Shown here: piece after piece, positions 21,436 to 32,394 of the stretch
Layout: each line of letters begins with the position of its first letter
How positions within the stretch are numbered: the stretch's first letter is position 1
Assembly (NCBI GenBank): GCA_965207455.1
Contig: CBDBMJ010000001.1
Span: forward strand, 896,001-960,000
Direction of reading: 5' to 3'
Length of the DNA: 64,000 bases
Origin: Bdellovibrionota bacterium
Lineage (GTDB): Bacteria; Bdellovibrionota; UBA1018; CAIPTA01; JAALKR01
The notes under the pieces: model-generated
The model's database searches: none
Told to the model about the DNA's origin: nothing
Seen by the model: only the letters and a program-made list of their open reading frames with translations
Translations under genes and position numbers: made by a program

Positions 21436-23659
21436 TTATTTCTTCAGTTCTTTTTCTTTCTTTTCAGCTTGTTCTAATATTATTTTTAATTTATCTTGTG
21501 TTTTAGAACCTATTTTTAATGTAATGAGATCGCGTGCCATATTTTTTAAAGCAATGGCATCCGTATTGTTCAAGTTGGGGGAGTTTAAAAATTCCTCCAG
21601 ATGACCTGGCATCTTCTTAAATATTTTTTCTTTTTCTTCATTGCTTATTTTTAATTTAAAAAATTCGCCAGATATTAATGTCAAAGAATAGAGATTTATT
21701 TTGGATCTATTTAAAATTTTCACCATATGCCTTGCTGTTTTCTGATCTATTTTTGCTTTTTCTTCAGAGTCTATTTTTAATTTATTGAACACATCACTTA
21801 GACTTTCTAAATCCCATGCTTCTAATTCAAGGGAATCTAAAATTTCCAGCATATTATTTTTTACTTTCTCAACTGCTTCTTTTTTAAGCTCTATATTTGA
21901 TTCATCGAGTATATCAAGCATATTATTTAAATTTGAAACATCCAAAGCAAAGTAATTCGACAAGGAAAAATTTAATATGGAAGAGTCTAAAAAGGAATTT
22001 AAAATATCAATTTTCTCCCTTATAGGTATTTTTAATGCTGGAAGAAATTTAAGAAAATAATAAGTGATTTTTTTAAGCACAAAACTATCTTTTACTTGTT
22101 CTACTAATGTTTTATAATCCGTGGAATTTAAAATCCCATGCTTAGCTAAAGATTGGAGAATCGTTAACATAAAATCTCTACCACTATGATCATGGGACTT
22201 AATTGGATTTGTTAAAATTTCAAAAGCTTGTTTCTTTAAAATTTCTATCTGTTCCTCTTCTTTAACATTATTTTTACTAATTTCTCGATAAAGAGCATAG
22301 TAATCTATTTTTCGAAGAATGCTAATTTTATTATCCGCAAATTTTCTTTTCAAAAAATCCTTGAGTTTTTTGGATCTTTCTATTTTTCTTCGAATAGAAC
22401 TTATTTCTGATTCTTTTTCAGACCGATAAAAAAGCTCAATAATAGAATTAAAATTATATTTCAAAATATCATCATCGTTTAATATATCATCTACTATTAC
22501 AGATACTTCAGGAGGTTTAATATCTTCTTTTAAACGGCAACTTAATTCTCTTGCCTTGAACAGGGTTTTGTTCTTGTCCTTGTGTGCAGCAATGGAGGGA
22601 TAAGCCATTAGATCTGGATTTGCATGGCGTTCTTCTTTTAAAGCAACTTAATTCTCTTGCCTTGAAAGCAGCAGAGATCATCTTCTTTTAAACGGCAACT
22701 TAATTCTCTTGCCTTGAACAGGGTTTTGTTCTTGTCCTTGTTGCAGCAATGGAGGGATAAGCCATTAGATCTGGATTTGCAAAAGAAAAAGGCAGAGATC
22801 CTTGAGGATTAGTTTTTGCTTGACCATGGTAAAGCCATCCGTCTATTCCTAAATTTTCCGCAAGCCCAATACAAGGTGATATTAATTCAGCTTTATTTTT
22901 CAATTGAAGCTCAAACATACTTGCATAAATTATTTTCGTAGCCTCATCCATTGCTTCCATTGGATTTTCAAATTTTTTTTCATCTACAAGACGGCTTATA
23001 TGTGCTATGTGAAAAGGAACACTGTGTTCACTCCGTGCCTTTTCACCCGGAGCACTCGCCGTCCAACCAAAAACAGTAGCTGTGGGAAAAATCCTTAAAT
23101 ACCTTGAAGACAGAGGGTTATCCTGATCTAGGGTGGCACTAAACTCTACGGCGAATTGTGCTTGGGTTTGACTAAGGTGATCTTCTACTGCCACAAGCCC
23201 CACACGACGTGCATGCTGATCTGCTGTCATACTAGAAGAAATTTTCCCTCCCAAAGTTCTGCATCCCTGCAACCATAGAGCATTAATATCTCTAAAGAAC
23301 TTCTCATATTTAGGGTCACAGGAGAGGTCTTCTAAAATACCAATACTAAGTTCCCCCACTGCTCTTTCCCCACCAAAAGCCCCTGTATGGTGACCCGAGA
23401 TTACAAGTCCATCACATTTTACACCTGATTTTATCATTTTTTTGAAAGATTCATTAGGATCAGAATTTCTTGTTTGGTATTCGGTAATATTTATTTTCGT
23501 AGCAGATACCTTATTCAACTTTGCAGAGAAATCTTTCATAACCCCAAATTCTTTTTCATTATTTAAAGAAAAATAACAAAGATGAAATTCTTTTCTAGGC
23601 TCGTCACTGGCAAAAGATTTACTGCCCATAAGAAGAAGAAAAATAAAAAAATACTGCAT
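21436..23659 (-). CDS. Secreted putative clan-CD protease with helical repeats, paralogue B, interrupted by a local duplication at 22523-22781
   Basis: From ATG 23659 (MQYFFIFLLL) the N-terminal domain closely matches paralogue A (DEPRKEFHLCYFSLNNEKEF, CDGLVISGHHTGAFGG, LWLQGCRTLGG). ORFs 22700..23875 and 21436..22608 join into 688 aa if 22625-22781 is removed. Confidence 0.75.
22523..22781. repeat. Scrambled tandem duplication of about 100 bp
   Basis: 22523-22624 recurs at 22681-22781 with a 1-nt deletion; a degenerate partial copy lies at about 22631-22680. Confidence 0.9.
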
Positions 23660-23810
23660 AGTTTGACCTATATAATGAAAATAACACAAGCGCATAATCT
23701 TGTAAAACACAGCATTAGAAAAGATCCAATTACTCACCAGCGACTGAAAAGCTAGGAATGAATACATCTTACACTCTAACGGCTTAGGCAATTCTAAAAA
23801 GTGCGCTACT

Positions 23811-24896
23811 ATGAAAGGTATGACTGAACTAGAGTGCCAACTCATGCAAATGTTTATGGTGGGAATTCCAGGCACAGACGTAAGCCCAGAAACCCGCTCA
23901 TTTCTCCAAGATCACCAGCCGGGGGGCATCCTCTACTTTGCCCACAATTACGAAACTCCCGTTCTGTTAGGCAAACTTAGCCTAGACTTACAAAAAATAG
24001 CCAAAAAGACAAACAAGTCATTGCCCCTAATCCTTGCTGTGGACCAGGAGGGAGGGCAGGTGCAACGCCTGAAGCGGCCCTTCACCCAACTTCCACAACC
24101 CATGGATCTGGGAGATAAAAACTTCCCTCCTCTTACTTTTTCCATAACTCAAATGCTAGCCAAAGAACTCATGGCAGTGGGGATTAATTTGGATTTTTGG
24201 CCCTTATGCGATATTCATACCCAACCTAAAAACCCAGTCATTGGTCGACGTGCTTTTAGTACCCAAGAAGAAGTAGTTTCTCGCATGGCTAGTGCAGTAA
24301 TTCGTGGCTTTATTACTTCTGGAATGATTTCTTGTATGAAGCATTTTCCCGGTCACGGAGATACCACAGTGGACTCTCACCTAGATTTGCCAGAAGTCCA
24401 TACCCCTTGGGCTGATTTATTAAAACGAGAGATTAAGCCCTTTCAAAGGGCCATGATATCTGGAGTGGATATGTGCATGATTGCCCATATCCTCAATCCC
24501 TCCATTGATACAAAATACCCAGCCTCCCTTTCTAAACAAACAATACAATCCCACCTACGGGAAGAGCTTCAGTTTGAAGGCGTTGTTATTTGCGACGATA
24601 TGCAAATGGAAGCCATAAAACTTGAACCAGAGGAGGCCATCACTCTTGCTATTAACGGGGGAAACGATATTCTCATCTATCGAGATATGCACCAGGGACA
24701 AAAAGCTATGGAAATAGCTGTGCGACTTCTTCAAGAGGGACGGATAAAAAAAGACAGAGTGCTGGAAAGCTATACTCGCATTGCTAAATTGAAAAAAGAC
24801 AAATTAAAGAATTTTCCTTCTGTGAAATTAAACGCTATTCCTAAAATAGTGGGATGTGAAGAACACACTGCTGTAATGGATCAACTAAAAGAATAA
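23811..24896 (+). CDS. nagZ: Beta-N-acetylhexosaminidase (GH3, NagZ-like)
   Basis: AVDQEGGQVQR and KHFPGHGDTTVDSH (NagZ signature), ICDD motif. Confidence 0.93.
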   Translation: MKGMTELECQLMQMFMVGIPGTDVSPETRSFLQDHQPGGILYFAHNYETPVLLGKLSLDLQKIAKKTNKSLPLILAVDQEGGQVQRLKRPFTQLPQPMDLGDKNFPPLTFSITQMLAKELMAVGINLDFWPLCDIHTQPKNPVIGRRAFSTQEEVVSRMASAVIRGFITSGMISCMKHFPGHGDTTVDSHLDLPEVHTPWADLLKREIKPFQRAMISGVDMCMIAHILNPSIDTKYPASLSKQTIQSHLREELQFEGVVICDDMQMEAIKLEPEEAITLAINGGNDILIYRDMHQGQKAMEIAVRLLQEGRIKKDRVLESYTRIAKLKKDKLKNFPSVKLNAIPKIVGCEEHTAVMDQLKE

Positions 24897-25718
24897 CTAC
24901 TTATGCTTGTTGAGTTCCCAGTTATAGTCTAAAAATTCAATTTTTGTTTTTTTGCTCCTCATGGCTAACTTTTCTTTTTTTGTTTTTCCCATCCGCTGAG
25001 AAACAAAGTTTTTAACAGAGGGCTTGAAGTCATCTCCATACCAATAAAATATTTTGGAAAGGTAGAGTGTTTTTTTCTTAGCATCATAACGGTTGCGAGA
25101 AGTATCCAACAAAAACCCCTTGGTTGCCTTCTCCATTTGCTCTTCTAATTTGCTGGCCTGGAAGGGCTCTTTTAAAAGAGCTGGACAACCAATGGAGGCA
25201 CAATTAAACATAAAATGCAGGCGTGGTTCCAACTTAAGATTAATATCATCCTTTGAGTCTTGATTGCGAGCAAGACTATGCTCCAAGTAATCCAAATGCG
25301 AACTCTTATTAAAGAATGTAAAAAACTTTTTCTTCCAAGCGCTAGAAAATAGCCCGCCGATGTCTTTAATAGATTTTAAGGGGGAGTTATCAATAATAAT
25401 TTTCACGGTGAGAGCGTTATAGGCATTTGCTAAAAAGGCAAGTTGTTGTTTATGGCTCCAGCTCTTAAACTGATCTTTGTTTAATTTTTCCACCTGCTTG
25501 AGGTATGCTTTGAGTTTTTTAGGATTTTTGTTAATGGCTGCATAATTAATGGTACTCACCGTACCCCTGCCTTTTTTTTCCTTGCTATTTACATGCTCTT
25601 GGAGCACTTCTCCCCAAACACTATGGCTATGATCAAAGTTTTTAGCTGCAAGCAAATCAACAGGAATGATAAAGAAAATAAAAAACAGATAAATAAATTT
25701 ATTCTGTAGTGTGCTCAT
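24897..25718 (-). CDS. DUF547-family secreted protein
   Basis: LAFLANAYNA, PRLHFMFNCASIGCP, LSKIFYWYGDDF, YNWELN motifs. Confidence 0.9.
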   Translation of the reverse strand: MSTLQNKFIYLFFIFFIIPVDLLAAKNFDHSHSVWGEVLQEHVNSKEKKGRGTVSTINYAAINKNPKKLKAYLKQVEKLNKDQFKSWSHKQQLAFLANAYNALTVKIIIDNSPLKSIKDIGGLFSSAWKKKFFTFFNKSSHLDYLEHSLARNQDSKDDINLKLEPRLHFMFNCASIGCPALLKEPFQASKLEEQMEKATKGFLLDTSRNRYDAKKKTLYLSKIFYWYGDDFKPSVKNFVSQRMGKTKKEKLAMRSKKTKIEFLDYNWELNKHK

Positions 25719-26571
25719 TTAAAGTCCAATTATACTCTAAAAAACGAATACGTGTGCTGGAGTGGCGAATGGCTGCTTTTTCTTCCTCTGTAGCACCTAT
25801 CCTTTCGGCTACGAAAGCTTTTATTGCGCTGTTAGATTTTCCAAAATCACCACCATACCATTTAAATATTTTGGAAAGATGTAGGGTTTTTGTCCTCTTG
25901 TCGTAACGATTTCTGCTCCCATCTTGTAAAAAACCCAAAGTAGCTCTTTCCATCTGCTCCTCTAACTTATCCCCTAAAAAAGGCTCTTTCTGTAGAGCAG
26001 GACAACCAATGGAAGCACAGTTAAACATAAAGTGCAACCGTGGTTCTAGTTTTATGTCAATACCATCACCTGATTTTTTATTCCGGGCAAGGTCTTGCTC
26101 CAAATAATCCAAATGAGCAGACATTCCCAAAAGTTTAAAAAACCGTATTTTCCAAGCTTTGCCAGATTCTATATCCATTATAGAATGTAACGGATAATGA
26201 TTTAGAATTAACTTTACCGTAAACGCATTATAGGCATTAGCAAGAAAGGCAAGCTTGTAATCATCACTCCAAGCCTGAAATTCTTCCAAAGTTACTGCTT
26301 TCAACTGTGCAAGGTAACTATCGAGCAAGTCCTCATCCTCTTGAACTCCTTTATAGGAAATAGTACTTGATAGCAGCACCTCGGAACCCAAAAGTGCGAT
26401 ACTCGGTTGACTTACCCCTCGAACATGCTTCTCCAGCAATTCTGCCCATTTGGGATGCTGGTGATCGAAAGAGCAATTCAATGCTGTATCACAACTCAAT
26501 GCTATATTTGTATGAAAGAAAATAGCAGCAAAAAAGAATAGGGTAAAAATGGAAATAATATTTTTCTTCAT
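25699..26571 (-). CDS. DUF547-family secreted protein (tandem paralogue)
   Basis: Same motifs as the neighbouring gene; signal peptide from ATG 26571 (MKKNIISI). Confidence 0.9.
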   Translation of the reverse strand: MKKNIISIFTLFFFAAIFFHTNIALSCDTALNCSFDHQHPKWAELLEKHVRGVSQPSIALLGSEVLLSSTISYKGVQEDEDLLDSYLAQLKAVTLEEFQAWSDDYKLAFLANAYNAFTVKLILNHYPLHSIMDIESGKAWKIRFFKLLGMSAHLDYLEQDLARNKKSGDGIDIKLEPRLHFMFNCASIGCPALQKEPFLGDKLEEQMERATLGFLQDGSRNRYDKRTKTLHLSKIFKWYGGDFGKSNSAIKAFVAERIGATEEEKAAIRHSSTRIRFLEYNWTLNEHTTE

Positions 26572-26654
26572 CTCGGTACAGTAAACTAATATCCTATTAT
26601 TTACAAGTTCTCTCTTTACCTGTGTTTTGCGATGCATTATTTTTGTTCGCTCCT

Positions 26655-28214
26655 CTACCCCTTCCTCCCAGTATGAGTGCCGAATACGTCGCGAAATATA
26701 TTACTGATTTCTCCCAAAGACACTCCCACCTTTACTGCATTTAGTATATGTGGCATTACATTCTCTTCTGCCTTTGTTGCTATTTCTAATTTCTTCAACA
26801 TTTTTTCATACTTTTTATCTCGCTTACTTTTAAATTTTGTTAAACGATCCACTTGCTTGTTCTCTAAACTGAGATCCATTTTTAAAAGGGAAGAAGACTT
26901 GTCTGCCTCTTCTTCCGAAAGAAAATAATTCGAGCCCACCTGCACCTGATCTTTTTTCTCTAAAGATAACTGAGTCTGGTAAGCCACGTCCTGAATTTCC
27001 TTTTCAATATAACCACTCTCAATACAAGCTACCATGCCCCCTCGTTTTTCTATCTCCTTAAAATATTGTCGTACTTTTTCTTCCAATTCTTTCGATAAAG
27101 ACTCTATAAAGTGACTGCCTCCAAGAGGGTCGGCAACGTCTGCTGCTCCAGACTCATAGGCAAGTATCTGTTGCGTACGAAGCGCAATACGAGCACTCTC
27201 TTCTGTGGGCAATGCCATAGCCTCATCAAATCCATTCGTGTGAATACTTTGAGCTCCTCCCATAACCGCAGCCAACGCTTGCAGCGTTATGCGTACAATA
27301 TTATTTTCTGGCTCCTGAGCCGTGAGCATAGAGCCCGCTGTTTGGGCATGAAAACGAAGTTTTAAGGATTTCTCATTTGTAGTACCATAGCGAGCCTTCA
27401 ATTCTTCTGCCCAAATTTTTCGAGCCACACGAAATTTTGCCACTTCCTCAAAAATATGGTTATGGGCATTGAAGAAAAAACTTAAACGGGGAGCAAAACT
27501 ATCCACATCCATTCCTTGATCTATGGCTGCTTGTACATATACCAATCCATTCGCTAAGGTAAAGGCAACTTCTTGAACCGCCGTGGATCCTGCTTCACGA
27601 ATATGATAACCCGATATGGAAATTGGATTCCATCGAGGCAAGTGATCTTTAGAAAAAGAAATCATGTCTGTGATGATTTTTAAAGACGCTTTGGGAGGAT
27701 AGATATAAGTTCCCCTTGCAATATATTCTTTCAATAGGTCGTTTTGAACCGTTCCCGTAATTTTATTTTTATCCACACCTCGTCGCTCTGCTACAGCAAT
27801 GTATAAAGAAAGCAAAATAGCCGCTGTGGAATTAATGGTCATGGATGTGGAAACCTTTGTTTGATCAATTCCTTGAAATAAAATCTCCATATCCTCAATC
27901 GTATCAATAGCCACACCCACACGCCCCACCTCTCCACGAGCCATGGCATGATCCGAGTCATAACCCATTTGTGTGGGAAGGTCGAAAGCTACACTCAGTC
28001 CAGTGGTTCCCTGGGACAATAAATAGTGGTAACGCTTATTGGATTCCTCTGCTGTACCAAACCCCGCATACTGTCGCATGGTCCACAGTCGACCCCGGTA
28101 CATATTGGGATGAATACCTCGCAAATAGGGATAATCCCCCACACCTTCTCCATAAGCAGGTTGTAGCGGTATCCCCGACGGGGTTTTATCACTAGCTGTT
28201 TTTAGATCCTTCAT
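26655..28214 (-). CDS. Methylmalonyl-CoA mutase, substrate-binding subunit (no B12-binding domain)
   Basis: [10 protein letters not shown] (Tyr at the specificity position), [24 protein letters not shown]; lacks DxHxxG. Confidence 0.93.
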   Translation of the reverse strand: MKDLKTASDKTPSGIPLQPAYGEGVGDYPYLRGIHPNMYRGRLWTMRQYAGFGTAEESNKRYHYLLSQGTTGLSVAFDLPTQMGYDSDHAMARGEVGRVGVAIDTIEDMEILFQGIDQTKVSTSMTINSTAAILLSLYIAVAERRGVDKNKITGTVQNDLLKEYIARGTYIYPPKASLKIITDMISFSKDHLPRWNPISISGYHIREAGSTAVQEVAFTLANGLVYVQAAIDQGMDVDSFAPRLSFFFNAHNHIFEEVAKFRVARKIWAEELKARYGTTNEKSLKLRFHAQTAGSMLTAQEPENNIVRITLQALAAVMGGAQSIHTNGFDEAMALPTEESARIALRTQQILAYESGAADVADPLGGSHFIESLSKELEEKVRQYFKEIEKRGGMVACIESGYIEKEIQDVAYQTQLSLEKKDQVQVGSNYFLSEEEADKSSSLLKMDLSLENKQVDRLTKFKSKRDKKYEKMLKKLEIATKAEENVMPHILNAVKVGVSLGEISNIFRDVFGTHTGRKG

Positions 28215-28665
28215 TATTTTCCTTCAACGTTATTAGCAGAGAACCAGCACTAAGTAGCTGCCCCTTCTCCACATGGATTTTTTCCACAATGGCGTTACCT
28301 AAAGCATAAATATTATTTTCCATTTTCATGGCCTCCACCACCACAAGACATGTATCCTCTTCTACCACATCCCCCTCTTTTACTTTAATGGATACCACCT
28401 TTCCCGGCATGGGAACCATGATTTGCTGGTTAGACCCCATGGAGGAGTGATTCTCCTGCTCTTGGTTTAAAAACTTCACCTCAGTAAAACCACCAAAGTA
28501 AGAAAGAATACATTGTTTCTTAGAAAAATGTATCTGCGGAGGAATCGTTTCGGTGGGAGACGGAAGAGTTTTCCATTCGTTATCCCCCTTTACCATTACT
28601 TTGTTATTGGCAAAAATTCCAGCACTTACTATACGCTCGTTTGAAAACTGATAACGCTTAATCAT
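28192..28665 (-). CDS. Biotin carboxyl carrier protein of acyl-CoA carboxylase
   Basis: PMPGKV and EAMKM biotinylation motifs; likely start is ATG 28665, overlapping the upstream stop. Confidence 0.92.
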   Translation of the reverse strand: MIKRYQFSNERIVSAGIFANNKVMVKGDNEWKTLPSPTETIPPQIHFSKKQCILSYFGGFTEVKFLNQEQENHSSMGSNQQIMVPMPGKVVSIKVKEGDVVEEDTCLVVVEAMKMENNIYALGNAIVEKIHVEKGQLLSAGSLLITLKENNEGSKNS

Positions 28666-30148
28666 GATTCTCCTGAGTCCAAGAAGCAGGCACCCCTGTC
28701 TCCATCTCCAAATAACTTTTTTCCTGAGGTAAAATATAGGCCAAAGCTGTCTCCATCTCTTCTTTTGTTGGATAGGACTGGAGACTTGCTTTGTTAGACG
28801 CAATAAAGTTTGTTGTATAATTTCCCGACTGGAATTCACCATGTTGAATAGTTTTTCTTAAAAATGGTAAGTTGGTGACTGTTCCTGCCACTAACGTTTC
28901 TCCAAGACAACGATCCATTCGCTGTAAAGCCTCAGTACGGTCGCCTCCCCATGTGGATATTTTTGTTATCATGGGATCATACTCCATGGGAATCGTCTGT
29001 CCATTAAGTATGGAAGTATCAATACGAACAAATGGACCGCCAGGGTACCAAGTATCTTGAACTGTGCCCGGTGCTGGTAAAAAAGTATTTGGATCTTCTG
29101 CATATAAACGAACTTCAATGGAATGACCCCGTTGCTGTATATTTTCTTGGGTAAAGGAAAGCTCCTCCCCCAAAGCAATACGGATTTGCTCTTTCACTAA
29201 ATCCAAGCCTGTAATCCATTCTGTCACTGGGTGCTCCACCTGAATGCGAGTGTTCATCTCTAAAAAATAAAAATTATGGGAGTCGTCCACAATAAATTCC
29301 ATGGTGCCCACACTATCGTAATGGATATTCTTTGCACCCAAAAGTGCTGCCTCAAAAAGTAAGTTGCGAACGGAATCATGACCCAATAAAAAAGGAGAGG
29401 GCGCTTCCTCTATTACTTTCTGGTGACGCCTTTGTATGGAACACTCCCGTTCAAAAAGATGCACACTATTGCCATGCTTGTCTCCCAATACCTGCACCTC
29501 AATATGATGGGAGTTCGGAATAAAACGCTCCATAAATAAAGTACCGTCACCAAAAAATACCTCTGCCTCATGGGAAGTGTTTTCAAAAGCATCATCCAAC
29601 TCCTTAGCAACACTCACCATACGAATCCCTTTACCACCACCACCTGCACTAGCCTTGAGCAATAAAGGATAACCAATCTTTTCTGCCCAATGGTGCGCTT
29701 CCTTTAATGAGGCCACAGGACCGGGAGAACCGGGCACCACAGGTACACCAGCATCCTCCATAGCTTTCCGAGCTCTTAACTTGTCACCCATCATTTCAAT
29801 CGCTTCTGGACTTGGACCAATAAAAGTTATCTTTCTCTTCTCACACTCCCTAGCAAATTTTCCATTCTCCGAAAAAAAACCAAAACCTGGGTGTAGGGCA
29901 TTTGCTCCCATACTCTTCGCAATGGAAAGAATTTTCTCCTGATGTAAATACGTCTCACCAACAGATCCATCACCTAAGGAGCAAACCTCATCCGCCAAAG
30001 CCACATGGGCACTACCCCTATCCACCTCAGAATAAATAGCAACACAAGGAATTCCCATCTCCTTACAGGCACGAATCACTCGAACAGCAATCTCACCACG
30101 ATTGGCAATTAATATTTTTAAAGATTTTTTATAAAGGGATATTGCCAT
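28658..30148 (-). CDS. Biotin carboxylase subunit of propionyl/acyl-CoA carboxylase
   Basis: IANRGEIA, GGGGKG, ERECSIQRRHQK, EMNTRIQVEH motifs. Confidence 0.95.
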   Translation of the reverse strand: MAISLYKKSLKILIANRGEIAVRVIRACKEMGIPCVAIYSEVDRGSAHVALADEVCSLGDGSVGETYLHQEKILSIAKSMGANALHPGFGFFSENGKFARECEKRKITFIGPSPEAIEMMGDKLRARKAMEDAGVPVVPGSPGPVASLKEAHHWAEKIGYPLLLKASAGGGGKGIRMVSVAKELDDAFENTSHEAEVFFGDGTLFMERFIPNSHHIEVQVLGDKHGNSVHLFERECSIQRRHQKVIEEAPSPFLLGHDSVRNLLFEAALLGAKNIHYDSVGTMEFIVDDSHNFYFLEMNTRIQVEHPVTEWITGLDLVKEQIRIALGEELSFTQENIQQRGHSIEVRLYAEDPNTFLPAPGTVQDTWYPGGPFVRIDTSILNGQTIPMEYDPMITKISTWGGDRTEALQRMDRCLGETLVAGTVTNLPFLRKTIQHGEFQSGNYTTNFIASNKASLQSYPTKEEMETALAYILPQEKSYLEMETGVPASWTQENHD

Positions 30149-31688
30149 GTTTTCTATGAGGGCGACTTTCTTTTTTGTTTCTTGTGAGTTCTAAAGCGTT
30201 GGCTATCTTCCTTCGCGTATCTTTGGGCTCTATCACCTCATCAATATAACCATAGGAAGCTGCCATATATGGGTTAGAAAATGTTTTCTTGTATTTCTCT
30301 GTGAGCTCTCCCACAATCCCCGGATTTTCTTTAATTTTATTTTTGTATAGAATTTTAATCGCTCCCTCTGGACCCATCACTGCAATCTTTGCCTGTGGAT
30401 AGGCAAAGTTAAAATCTGCTCTTATATGCTTAGATGCCATCACATCATAGGCTCCACCGTAAGCTTGTCGAGTGATAAGCGTAATTTTAGGAACACTTGC
30501 CTCACAATAAGCATACAAGAGCTTTGCTCCATGGATAATAATTCCATTATGCTCCTGATCCGTGCCAGGAAGGAATCCAGGTACGTCAACAATAGTAAGC
30601 AAAGGAATATTAAAACTGTCGCAAAAACGAACAAAGCGAGCAGCCTTTCGAGAAGCATTGATATCTAAACAACCAGCAAGGTGTAGGGGCTGATTGGCCA
30701 CAATCCCCACCACGTCTCCAGCAATACGACCAAACCCCGTAATAATGTTTAAAGCAAACTCATCATGAAGCCATAGACAGGAATCCTCGTCCACAATTTT
30801 TTCAATCACCTTTTTACAATCATAGGATTGCTTGGAATCCTCCGGAAGTATGGACAAAATAGAACCAGTGTCCTTGTCCCCACTCTCTGCCTCCTTGAGC
30901 CTTGGAGGAAGCTCTCGATTATTCGAGGGAATATAACTAAGAAGTTTTCGTAATTGGGTAAACGAATGGGTTTCGTTGTTACTCACTAAACTGCAAATTC
31001 CACTCTTAACCGCATGGGCACTCACCCCACCCAACTCCTCCTTAGATGTTGTTTCATGGGTAACCTCTTTAATTACATCCGGTCCAGTAACAAACATAAA
31101 ACTACTCTCACGATTCATAATAATAAAATCAGTTATGGCAGGAGAGTAAACAGCACCACCAGCACAAGGACCAAGAATTAAAGAAATCTGTGGAATCACT
31201 CCCGAGGCTTGCACGTTTCGCCAAAAAATTTCCGCATACCCTCCCAGGGCTTCCACACCCTCCTGAATCCTCGCTCCACCCGAATCATTGAGTCCCAAAA
31301 GGGGCACTCCCATTTTCACGGCTAAATCAAGGAGCTTACAAATCTTTGCAGCATGGGCTCCCGATAGAGAACCACCAAAAACACTAAAATCCTGGGAGTA
31401 AACACATACGGCTCTTCCCCCTATCTTTCCATGACCAGTAACCACTCCGTCTCCCAAGGGCTTCTTTTTTTCCATACCGAAACGGTGACAACGATGGGTG
31501 ACAAAACGATCCAATTCCTGAAACGTACCCCCATCCAACAGGGCTATCACTCGCTCCCTAGCAGAAAGTTGTCCCTCTTTAGCACGACACGAACTCTTTT
31601 CCATGGATTCAATTTGAGTGTTCATCTCCTGCAGTCGCATAAGAGCCATTTCTTTTTCAGATGTATTGGGCATAGCTACCGTAAACAT
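30129..31688 (-). CDS. pccB: Propionyl-CoA carboxylase beta (carboxyltransferase) subunit
   Basis: DSGGARIQEG, GPCAGGAVYSPA, DVPGFLPG and C-terminal RKHGNIPL; same operon as the mutase. Confidence 0.93.
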   Translation of the reverse strand: MFTVAMPNTSEKEMALMRLQEMNTQIESMEKSSCRAKEGQLSARERVIALLDGGTFQELDRFVTHRCHRFGMEKKKPLGDGVVTGHGKIGGRAVCVYSQDFSVFGGSLSGAHAAKICKLLDLAVKMGVPLLGLNDSGGARIQEGVEALGGYAEIFWRNVQASGVIPQISLILGPCAGGAVYSPAITDFIIMNRESSFMFVTGPDVIKEVTHETTSKEELGGVSAHAVKSGICSLVSNNETHSFTQLRKLLSYIPSNNRELPPRLKEAESGDKDTGSILSILPEDSKQSYDCKKVIEKIVDEDSCLWLHDEFALNIITGFGRIAGDVVGIVANQPLHLAGCLDINASRKAARFVRFCDSFNIPLLTIVDVPGFLPGTDQEHNGIIIHGAKLLYAYCEASVPKITLITRQAYGGAYDVMASKHIRADFNFAYPQAKIAVMGPEGAIKILYKNKIKENPGIVGELTEKYKKTFSNPYMAASYGYIDEVIEPKDTRRKIANALELTRNKKESRPHRKHGNIPL

Positions 31689-31814
31689 AACTGATTGAAT
31701 AACAAGGGTCCATGCTTATATATGAAAACCAAAGGAGTAATGCGGAGCGCTTAATCCATAAAATAAAGAAATACAGCCCGTACTGTAGTATAGGGAGAAA
31801 AGAAAGGATCCATT

Positions 31815-32132
31815 ATGTATAAGATTTGCTTTTTTGTCCCCAAGGAACATGCCCAAAGGGTAAAGAACGCAATGTTTGAGGCGGGTGCAGGACGCATAGG
31901 AAACTATGATTGCTGTGCTTGGGAGTGTCTGGGAGAGGGTCAATTTCGCCCCCTAAAAGGCAGTAAGGCCTGGCAGGGAGAAGTCGATGTGGTAGAAAAA
32001 ATCACGGAGCTCAAAGTGGAGATGGTCTGTGAGGACAACTTGGTCCAAAAAACTATTGCTACCATGAAACAGGCCCATCCATACGAAACCCCGGCCTATG
32101 ATGTATGGAAACTATGGGATGAACCAAAATAG
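31815..32132 (+). CDS. YqfO/NIF3-associated PII-like small protein
   Basis: AGAGRIGNYDCC, GEGQFRP and AHPYETPAY motifs. Confidence 0.88.
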   Translation: MYKICFFVPKEHAQRVKNAMFEAGAGRIGNYDCCAWECLGEGQFRPLKGSKAWQGEVDVVEKITELKVEMVCEDNLVQKTIATMKQAHPYETPAYDVWKLWDEPK

Positions 32133-32363
32133 AGGCTTGCTCCCTTAGTCTCCTAATGGTCGCCCCCTAAAAATGGCAGGGAGAAGTCGATGTGGTAGAA
32201 AAAATCACGGAGCTCAAAGTGGAGATGGTCTGTGAGGACAACTTGGTCCAAAAAACTATTGCTACCATGAAACAGGCCCATCCATACGAAACCCCGGCCT
32301 ATGATGTATGGAAACTATGGGATGAACCAAAATAGAGGCTTGCTCCCTTAGTCTCCTAATGGT
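31947..32363. repeat. Direct tandem duplication of 190 bp
   Basis: 31971-32160 appears identical to 32174-32363; cgccccctaaaa at 31947 is repeated at 32161. Confidence 0.93.
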
Positions 32364-32394
32364 AAATACTATAGGTAAGAGGAGTCACTAACGA

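Noticed and set aside
23660..23875. N-terminal extension of ORF 22700..23875 (similar extensions on 28192..28842, 35514..36761, 50643..51095)
   Set aside because: They overlap neighbouring genes or promoters; paralogue alignment, signal peptides or gene overlaps point to downstream ATGs.
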